From IMG/VR virus record IMGVR_UViG_3300029828_000115: a stretch of 4,196 nt of DNA. One strand, written 5' to 3'. Positions within the stretch are counted from its first letter, which is position 1. Every line of letters begins with the position of its first letter. The position numbers were made by a program, and so were the translations under genes. The DNA comes from a virus. Its lineage: Duplodnaviria > Heunggongvirae > Uroviricota > Caudoviricetes. Shown one piece after another: positions 1 to 4,196 of this stretch. A model generated the notes under the pieces. The model was not told the DNA's origin and did not search any database. It was given only the letters and a program-made list of their open reading frames with translations.

Positions 1-12
1 TTACCACAAATT

Positions 13-34
13 AAAAAACCTTCACTGCGGAAGG
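13..34 (-). terminator. Intrinsic terminator for the small wHTH gene: hairpin CCTTC-N6-GAAGG (19-34) followed on the minus strand by U6 (18-13), overlapping the gene's stop codon
   Basis: Inverted repeat and adjacent A-run read directly on the + strand, giving stem plus U-tract on the minus-strand RNA. The stem is only 5 bp. Confidence 0.45.
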
Positions 35-219
35 CGTCTGTAACAACCGAACTGATAATCTGCCAGACCCGCCATAACAAGCTGGGTCAGTATTAACTGG
101 CAACGTTCGCGTGAAAGGTAAGTATTCTGCGCAATTTCCCCGACGGTCGCCGGTTCGGTGACGCTTAATTCATTAAACACCACTCTGGCAGTTTCGGTCA
201 TATCCTGCTGTTTTAGCAT
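22..219 (-). CDS. Small (65 aa) putative winged-helix DNA-binding protein, MLKQQDMTETARVVFNELS...; the track ORF 22..306 begins at an upstream GTG that I do not favour
   Basis: Open frame with ATG at 219-217 preceded by AGGGA about 7 nt upstream. The core TVGEIAQNTYLSRERCQLILTQLVMAGL has the spacing of an HTH/winged-helix recognition unit, reminiscent of small PapI/FaeA-like regulators. Has its own terminator at the stop. Family assignment is by eye only. Confidence 0.45.
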   Translation of the reverse strand: MLKQQDMTETARVVFNELSVTEPATVGEIAQNTYLSRERCQLILTQLVMAGLADYQFGCYRRLPQ

Positions 220-342
220 GTCTTTTTCCCTTTTCTGGTTAACGTGACATACCAATAACTCTTGTCGAAAAAGCCAGCAAGCTGAAAGACCCGTATTCGC
301 AACCACCAGCGCGTTTAACGTCCTGTGCCGTTTTTAGGGCAC

Positions 343-365
343 AAAAAAACCCGCTCAGTGGCGGG
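343..365 (-). terminator. Strong intrinsic terminator on the minus strand: CCCGC-N6-GCGGG (350-365) followed by U7 (349-343); the same hairpin is followed by ATCTTTT on the + strand, so weakly bidirectional
   Basis: GC-rich 5-bp stem and 7-nt A-run read directly. Sits downstream (minus sense) of the toxin gene and candidate sRNA. Confidence 0.6.
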
Positions 366-387
366 ATCTTTTGATAAAAACGACAAA

Positions 388-408
388 GGCACCATTAAGG
401 TGCCTTTT
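388..408 (+). terminator. Second hairpin GGCACC-ATTAA-GGTGCC followed by TTTT on the + strand (also T-rich on the minus side); possible bidirectional terminator or structural element
   Basis: Perfect 6-bp inverted repeat at 388-393/399-404 with T-run 405-408. No + strand gene upstream in this window to terminate, so its role is uncertain. Confidence 0.35.
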
Positions 409-496
409 ACACAGGGGCAGCAGGCTTGTCATCACCTCATCGCTACTCCTGGCTTCCTGTTCGGAAGTCTCACAAGTCCCATCAGGGTACAGCGAC

Positions 497-525
497 AGTA
501 TCAGCCAACACACTATGTGTGTCAA
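497..525 (-). promoter_or_regulatory. Sigma70-like promoter on the minus strand: -35 TTGACA (525-520), 17-bp spacer, -10 GATACT (502-497)
   Basis: Consensus -35 hexamer and a -10 carrying the critical A2 and T6, at ideal spacing. Points away from the toxin gene toward the hairpin/terminator region. Confidence 0.4.
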
Positions 526-535
526 TATAAATTCA

Positions 536-569
536 TATCGAATTCGATAATCGTTTTCGATTATCGATA
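536..569. repeat. Cluster of overlapping palindromes built from TCGATA/TATCGA half-sites: 14-bp perfect palindrome TATCGAATTCGATA (536-549), 10-bp inverted repeat TCGATAATCG/CGATTATCGA around a TTTT loop (544-567), and TATCGATA (562-569)
   Basis: Read directly from the sequence. The cluster overlaps the last codons and stop (561-563) of the toxin-like CDS. Could be a protein operator array or an mRNA 3' stem-loop. Confidence 0.6.
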
Positions 570-962
570 CAGATAAGCCATCCCTATCCCGTGCAATACC
601 GCCCGTTTAATATTCTCAAACTCATCTTCCGCAATCATAGGAACAATATAATTTCGTCCCTCCCAGGTTCTGGTTTTTATGCGATCCAGTCGGCTCAATG
701 AAACCGTCATCAACATGTCACATTTTACCCAGCAAGTAATATGCTCATTACTAGGTATGGGGTTTTCTGATAACTCATGATGGCAATCTCTGCGAGGGAG
801 CGGTTCAGTAGTGCTTATTGGTACCACTGTTACCAATTGATTGTTGTGCCTGTTTCTGGACACGACCACCACTGGCCTGACCTTGACTATTTCCGGAACA
901 ACCATTCCCCGAAAATCACACATTAAAACAGAACGAACAGACGGCTGATACTTTAATACCAT
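561..962 (-). CDS. MazF/PemK/Kid-family endoribonuclease toxin homolog, 133 aa from ATG at 962-960 (MVLKYQPSVRSVLMCDFRG...)
   Basis: Hallmark blocks in the correct order: VLMCDF (compare MazF IWVDFDP), VRPVVVVS (compare RPAVVLS / TRPVLIVT), LVTVVPISTT (compare LPVVVPVTSG), KCDMLMTVSLSRL (compare RCDQPRTIDMKAR), IVPMIAEDEFENIKRAVL (compare RVPETIMNEVLGRL). The track ORF 561..1040 starts at a GTG upstream; I prefer the in-frame ATG with an AAGAG RBS-like element. Region is visibly more AT-rich than the flanking phage genes. Confidence 0.6.
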   Translation of the reverse strand: MVLKYQPSVRSVLMCDFRGMVVPEIVKVRPVVVVSRNRHNNQLVTVVPISTTEPLPRRDCHHELSENPIPSNEHITCWVKCDMLMTVSLSRLDRIKTRTWEGRNYIVPMIAEDEFENIKRAVLHGIGMAYLYR

Positions 963-1066
963 AAATCTCTTTGCCTGATAATGACGACTTGTGAACTCCA
1001 CTACAAACAAAATGATTCTGCTGAACAGGCAGTTTCGCACTATACATTATAACCTGTTAAGCCAAC

Positions 1067-1089
1067 AAAAAAACCCGCTCGGCGGCGGG
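1067..1089 (-). terminator. tR'-like intrinsic terminator on the minus strand: CCCGC-N7-GCGGG followed by U7 (1073-1067)
   Basis: GC hairpin 1074-1089 and 7-nt A-run 1067-1073 read directly; lies about 50-70 nt downstream of the promoter below. Confidence 0.7.
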
Positions 1090-1143
1090 ATTTGCTTACT
1101 TTGCCATCGAGTACAAAATCGGCAAAATATCAGATTTGCACGA

Positions 1144-1172
1144 AATATATGCCTTTTAATCTACTTTTGCAA
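1144..1172 (-). promoter_or_regulatory. Late promoter (PR'-like) just after the Q gene: -35 TTGCAA (1172-1167), 17-bp spacer, -10 TATATT (1149-1144); predicted start near 1137
   Basis: Near-consensus sigma70 hexamers at optimal spacing on the minus strand. The -35 overlaps the last Q codons. Promoter, short leader and terminator immediately 3' of Q is the canonical lambdoid late-control architecture (established for lambda and phage 82). Confidence 0.6.
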
Positions 1173-1845
1173 CACTTTGCTTTAAAAATGCCGTCTTTTG
1201 TTCTGAACGTGTTCTCATCACAAACAATAAAGCCTCACTATCCAGCCGGTGGAAAATGTGTTTCATTGCAACCCAGTGACCAGTAAATGTTTTGGACCAG
1301 TTTTTTGTTGTTACTCCCGCCAGTAATGCCAGTTCCTGATATTCATAAGTTTCACGCCCAGCTAGCTCACTCTTCACATCCTGTGCCGCCAGCCAGATTA
1401 ATTTTTTCAGGCGCTCCCGTGTTTTCTCCGCAATTTTTCTGGTACCAGATTGCGCGTTAAATTCATTCCACGCCCACTGTGTTATCGCAATCTGGTGTTC
1501 CCAGCAAATGCTGCCGCTGTAACACCACAGCAACCAGGCTTTATGGTGTTCTTCAAGAGACAGAACCGCCCGTCGCCATGATGATGTCGAAAACTCAACC
1601 TGACTTACCAGAGGAATTGACGTCCTCTTTGCCAGCGATTGTTTCCCCGGGATTGGTGGATTATCCAGCGTGATCATTTTTCCGGTCACTTCATCGCGGT
1701 ACCGGATTTTTTTACGCCTGTAACGCCCTGTATCGAACATGGCATTCTCCTGCCAGGCTTCAAGTTGACCTTTTGTTGCCCCACTCAAATCAGCGGTGGC
1801 GATAATGAGCTGCTCACGCACAAACTGTAAATACTGGTTATTCAT
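1156..1845 (-). CDS. Phage antitermination protein Q (Q-family late-gene antiterminator), about 229 aa from ATG 1845-1843; the track ORF extends to a GTG at 1851
   Basis: Position directly downstream of rusA with an ATGA start/stop overlap and directly upstream of the promoter/terminator unit. Size and context match lambdoid Q genes, including Qin quuQ as I recall; the sequence was not compared to any database. Confidence 0.6.
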   Translation of the reverse strand: MNNQYLQFVREQLIIATADLSGATKGQLEAWQENAMFDTGRYRRKKIRYRDEVTGKMITLDNPPIPGKQSLAKRTSIPLVSQVEFSTSSWRRAVLSLEEHHKAWLLWCYSGSICWEHQIAITQWAWNEFNAQSGTRKIAEKTRERLKKLIWLAAQDVKSELAGRETYEYQELALLAGVTTKNWSKTFTGHWVAMKHIFHRLDSEALLFVMRTRSEQKTAFLKQSVAKVD

Positions 1846-2207
1846 GCGCACTCCAGTTCTGTGATTTTTATCCCCAGCCGCCCACCAGGAACGAGCTGAC
1901 CGCGCACAATATTGATTTCATCAAACTGCTCGTCGTCTATAAGTAGTCCGGCATGCGTCAGCGCATCCAGTGGTGCTTTCAGGATATTGTCCAGGTCATG
2001 GCGGCGCTTATCCGGTGGTTCTGCAATGATCTTTATCGTCAGCCTTCCGGACAGGTTTAATTTCAGCCGCTGCTGGCGAACAATAAGCGCCACATCACGG
2101 CGATAACGCTTTCCGGCTTCCGAGATGAAATACGTATTGCCATGACGTCGCCAGTAGGTATTCACCGTTGGCGGGTAAGGCAAAACAAATTCTATGCGTT
2201 CAGTCAT
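1842..2207 (-). CDS. rusA: Crossover junction endodeoxyribonuclease RusA (Holliday junction resolvase), 121 aa
   Basis: Matches the RusA pattern I recall from DLP12 RusA: LPxPPxxNxYxR near the N-terminus, DKRRHDLDN catalytic acidic cluster, DALTHAG, DDEQ, GGRLGIKITE. Typical location between nin-region genes and Q. Confidence 0.9.
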   Translation of the reverse strand: MTERIEFVLPYPPTVNTYWRRHGNTYFISEAGKRYRRDVALIVRQQRLKLNLSGRLTIKIIAEPPDKRRHDLDNILKAPLDALTHAGLLIDDEQFDEINIVRGQLVPGGRLGIKITELECA

Positions 2208-3266
2208 TCATGCTTTCCACTTCAGGACACCCGAATTTCTCGCGTGCATTAAAAAACGAATCAGCAACAACAGCTGGCTGCCGTGTTTTTCTTCAAAATC
2301 TTTTACCCCGGCGTGCAGTTCGTTATGACATTTACGGCACAGCGGAATAACAAACAAATCATCAGCCTTTGTTCCCATCCCTCCCAGTCCATGACCAATG
2401 ATGTGATGCGGATCATCTGCCTGATTGCCACACGTCACGCATTTCTGCGTTTTTACCCAGCGCGTGTATACGGGCATCTCTTCCCGTTGTGGTTTCTGAC
2501 GCTGGAGATACTGAGTCGGAGACTCCGGATCAACGGCAATGCTGACCACCGTCTTTTCCTGTGGTGGGTTCTGTTGCTGGTGGACGTGAGGCGGTAACGC
2601 AATATTATTTGTGCGCTGCTTCAGCATGCTGGTGGCGGTCGGTTCTCCCGGTATGATGTCGCTTTCGCGGTACACTGAGCGGATTTTTTCCGCACGTAAC
2701 CCCAGAGAACGACGTAATACTACCTCCGGTAGTACGTCCGCCACCTGATTGCAGACAGCCCACCAGGATAATTCAGCCAGCGATAATTCCCGCTCCTGCG
2801 CACCGCTTATTGCGTGACGGATGACGTCAATCATCCATGCTGTCAGGTTTTGTTGAGCAAGTTGCTCAAGTGATTCTGAGGTCTGGTCACGCAGCTGGTT
2901 GTCGCAGTGCCAGCACAACACCATCGCGCCGGTGCCGTAACGATGTATGACGGTTTCGCTGTGGTGATAGTCACCATGAGGCCACTGGCAGGATTTAACA
3001 TGACGCAGGAGCCAGTCAGACAGTGCACCAGCGCCGCCGGCAGCACGAATCACCCGTTCGTCGCTGAAAAATGGCAGTAATGATTTATCTTCCGCCAGCG
3101 GCTGGCGAACGGCAGGAACAACTCCGGACGGCAGACCACGCATGCTTTTCGGTTCCGGCTCCACCAGCACTCGAGGGTTATGAAATACCTGCATGGATTC
3201 ACGGCCCGGCTTTAGCACCACCAGCCCAAGTTCCGGTACCGGAACAGGTCGAAGCAATACCCGCAC
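2208..3266 (-). CDS. ydfU: DUF968-family prophage protein (YdfU-like) with C-terminal Cys/His zinc-binding, HNH/DUF1364-like motif; 352 aa, GTG start
   Basis: Long ORF with C-terminal CVTCG...PHHI...GTK..D...PLCRKCHNELH, resembling small phage nuclease-like (YbcO/DUF1364-type) zinc motifs. GTG start 3266-3264 preceded by GGAGG. Stop abuts the rusA start (TGAATG). Symbol assigned from family and synteny memory of the Qin prophage, not from verified identity. Confidence 0.7.
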   Translation of the reverse strand: MRVLLRPVPVPELGLVVLKPGRESMQVFHNPRVLVEPEPKSMRGLPSGVVPAVRQPLAEDKSLLPFFSDERVIRAAGGAGALSDWLLRHVKSCQWPHGDYHHSETVIHRYGTGAMVLCWHCDNQLRDQTSESLEQLAQQNLTAWMIDVIRHAISGAQERELSLAELSWWAVCNQVADVLPEVVLRRSLGLRAEKIRSVYRESDIIPGEPTATSMLKQRTNNIALPPHVHQQQNPPQEKTVVSIAVDPESPTQYLQRQKPQREEMPVYTRWVKTQKCVTCGNQADDPHHIIGHGLGGMGTKADDLFVIPLCRKCHNELHAGVKDFEEKHGSQLLLLIRFLMHARNSGVLKWKA

Positions 3267-3267
3267 G

Positions 3268-3546
3268 TTACCTCCAGATGCGTTGCTGGAATGTGCGGGA
3301 CGGACGCGGTGGGCGTTCGGAATAAGGGAGTCTGACGTAGATTATCCAGTGACGATAATCGAGGCTGAGGGCTTTCCTAAACTCATACCCACGTCTGCGG
3401 TAGTTCTGAATCAGCCATTCGGCCTGTTCTTCAGTGCATGGATCATGCTGGAACCAGTCAGATTTGAATGCGTGAGAACGCCGCCCGCGCCTGCTGGCAA
3501 GGACGGCGAGATTATCAGAATTGTGTGATCTGGAATTTTGCGCCAT
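3268..3546 (-). CDS. Hypothetical small prophage protein, 92 aa (MAQNSRSHNSDNL...)
   Basis: ATG at 3546-3544 with good RBS (GGAGA, 6-nt spacer). Stop TAA lies 1 nt from the GTG start of the DUF968 gene, suggesting coupling. No family recognised. Confidence 0.5.
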   Translation of the reverse strand: MAQNSRSHNSDNLAVLASRRGRRSHAFKSDWFQHDPCTEEQAEWLIQNYRRRGYEFRKALSLDYRHWIIYVRLPYSERPPRPSRTFQQRIWR

Positions 3547-3612
3547 CGGCTTTCTCCGGTGGCACAGTGTTACTCAGCAGGGGTTCAGCCCTGCGCTGAA
3601 TTGTAGATGAAT

Positions 3613-3876
3613 TCACTCATCTTCAAAAGCAGAAAAACCAGCCTTAAGCCCAGCTTCTTTCAGAGACTGCAATGATGTGACAAATTCATTTTCACGCAAA
3701 ATAAAACCATCCGTCACCAGTCCATCCACAAAGTAAATTAACGCCGCCCCACTCTTCCTTTGTTGAGACTGTAAACATTTAATACGGCAGTGGCTGACAA
3801 TGGAGCCATTCTCAACGCGCACAGTATAGAGGCCATCTTCACTAAAAATTTCAACCAATTCTTCGATTTTCATCAA
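3613..3876 (-). CDS. Small prophage protein, 86-87 aa, possibly Rem-like by position between hok and the DUF968 gene; start is TTG 3876 or ATG 3873
   Basis: Open frame with GGAAGG RBS 6 nt (TTG) or 9 nt (ATG) upstream. Synteny with the Qin order relB-relE-hokD-rem-ydfU as I recall it; sequence identity to Rem not verified. Confidence 0.5.
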   Translation of the reverse strand: MMKIEELVEIFSEDGLYTVRVENGSIVSHCRIKCLQSQQRKSGAALIYFVDGLVTDGFILRENEFVTSLQSLKEAGLKAGFSAFEDE

Positions 3877-3954
3877 CAGAATCCTTCCAGATAAATAGCA
3901 CTCCCCTGCTCGGGGTCCATCCCTCTTCTCCCTGCGCGCTAATTAAGTGAATCG

Positions 3955-3982
3955 ATTCTAGTCAGGCATACCAGCTAATCAA
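3955..3982 (-). promoter_or_regulatory. Candidate sigma70 promoter for the Rem-like gene: -35 TTGATT (3982-3977), 16-bp spacer, -10 TAGAAT (3960-3955)
   Basis: Hexamers read on the minus strand; located between the hok terminator and the Rem-like ORF. Confidence 0.35.
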
Positions 3983-4030
3983 CAAACCCTGGTCGGTTAA
4001 ATAGAAGGATTGGCTAAAATTCACCCTATT

Positions 4031-4055
4031 AAAATAAAAAACCCGCCGAAGCGGG
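4031..4055 (-). terminator. Intrinsic terminator at the end of the hok mRNA: CCCGC-UUCG-GCGGG followed by UUUUUUAUUUU on the minus strand
   Basis: GC stem 4042-4055 with tetraloop and adjacent A-run 4031-4041 on the + strand. Confidence 0.65.
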
Positions 4056-4096
4056 TTAAGTGCGGGTGCGTTGAGGATGCCTGACACATCAGAGGT

Positions 4097-4118
4097 GGCG
4101 AGGGATTTCTCCCTCGCC
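4097..4118 (-). other. Perfect 9-bp stem-loop (GGCGAGGGA-TTTC-TCCCTCGCC) in the hok 3' UTR, starting 9 nt after the stop
   Basis: Inverted repeat read directly. hok-family mRNAs are known to carry structured 3' ends involved in fold-back inhibition and stability. Confidence 0.5.
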
Positions 4119-4126
4119 AGGTCTCT

Positions 4127-4196
4127 TACTCCTCAGGTTCGTAAGCTGTGAAGACAGCGACCTCCGTCTGGCCGGTTCGGATTCGTACCTCGCAGA
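4127..4196 (-). CDS. hokD: Hok-family type I toxin, 3' portion only (start lies beyond the window edge); encodes ...CEVRIRTGQTEVAVFTAYEPEE*
   Basis: Minus-strand translation of 4196..4130 gives CEVRIRTGQTEVAVFTAYEPEE followed by TAA (4129-4127), matching the conserved Hok C-terminus and, as I recall, HokD/RelF specifically. Confidence 0.8.

Larger units (their letters stand above)
343..490 (-). ncRNA. Candidate small structured RNA of roughly 105-150 nt, from a predicted start near 490 to the terminators at 388-404 or 343-365
   Basis: Promoter-like element just upstream (497-525), internal hairpins (CTTCC-TGTTC-GGAAG at 453-467; long-range CTTGT/ACAAG pairing 425-478), terminal GC hairpin plus U-run. 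Only trivial ORFs (2 to 27 codons, poor RBS spacing). Not matched to any sRNA I recognise. Confidence 0.3.

Noticed and set aside
220-306. Upstream GTG start for the small wHTH gene (track ORF 22..306)
   Set aside because: No RBS at the GTG, whereas the internal ATG at 219 has an AGGGA element at suitable spacing; the shorter 65-aa product is preferred.
380-490. Tiny ORFs within the candidate sRNA (MR-stop, a 16-codon and a 27-codon frame)
   Set aside because: Lack properly spaced RBS and run through terminator hairpins; judged non-coding.
325-576. Plus-strand 83-aa ORF
   Set aside because: Starts at a GTG inside a hairpin, runs through three terminator-like stem-loops and the palindrome cluster, with no RBS; more plausibly non-coding structured DNA/RNA.
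963-1040. N-terminal 26-codon extension of the toxin ORF (track start 1040)
   Set aside because: Would start at a GTG immediately after the terminator hairpin and adds a hydrophobic extension not found in MazF/PemK proteins. The in-frame ATG at 962 restores a MazF-like N-terminus (MVLKYQ...VLMCDF).
1020-1060. LexA/SOS box near the toxin gene (AACAGG ... CCTGTT inverted repeat flanking a TATAAT)
   Set aside because: Spacing and orientation do not match the CTGT-N8-ACAG consensus; the TATAAT is kept only as a possible weak promoter in the findings.
1067-1140. Type III toxin-antitoxin style antitoxin RNA repeats (ToxI-like) in the leader upstream of the toxin
   Set aside because: Promoter, short RNA, terminator, toxin superficially resembles a type III layout, but the leader contains no tandem roughly 36-nt direct repeats (only a loose GATTTTG duplication). 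It fits a Q-dependent late promoter/terminator better.
2843-3046. Minus-strand 67-aa ORF
   Set aside because: Entirely inside the DUF968 gene in another frame; low-complexity Thr/Ala-rich translation; treated as an overlap artefact.
991-3528. Plus-strand ORFs from the track (991..1185, 1092..1286, 1479..1673, 1639..1830, 1912..2106, 2168..2350, 2283..2597, 3071..3325, 3193..3528)
   Set aside because: Each lies antisense to, or overlaps, a longer minus-strand gene with recognisable homology or context (Q, rusA, DUF968, 92-aa ORF) or spans the promoter/terminator unit. None has a convincing RBS or recognisable product.
1-4196. tRNA genes, CRISPR arrays, IS elements or integrase/att sites
   Set aside because: No cloverleaf-compatible segment with T-loop consensus, no regularly spaced direct repeats, no terminal inverted repeats flanking a transposase-sized ORF. 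The window appears internal to a prophage.

Overview
This window reads as the early-right/late-control segment of a Qin-like lambdoid prophage from an enterobacterium (E. coli/Shigella type), with every supportable gene on the minus strand. Reading the minus strand from the right edge: the 3' end of a Hok-family toxin gene (C-terminus CEVRIRTGQTEVAVFTAYEPEE, as I recall HokD/RelF) with its structured 3' UTR and terminator; a Rem-like small ORF; a 92-aa hypothetical; a DUF968 (YdfU-like) protein with a C-terminal Cys/His nuclease-like motif; RusA Holliday-junction resolvase; a Q-type antiterminator; then a near-consensus sigma70 promoter, short leader and intrinsic terminator (a PR'/tR'-like late switch). 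Directly behind that switch, where lysis or cargo genes usually sit, is a more AT-rich segment carrying a MazF/PemK/Kid-family endoribonuclease toxin homolog with no recognisable antitoxin gene. Downstream of it lie a palindromic TCGATA repeat cluster, a hairpin-rich intergenic region with its own promoter-like and terminator elements (candidate small RNA), and a separately terminated 65-aa putative winged-helix protein. That toxin/structured-RNA/small-regulator module is the most interesting part. All assignments come from reading the sequence and from recalled family motifs; no searches were run.
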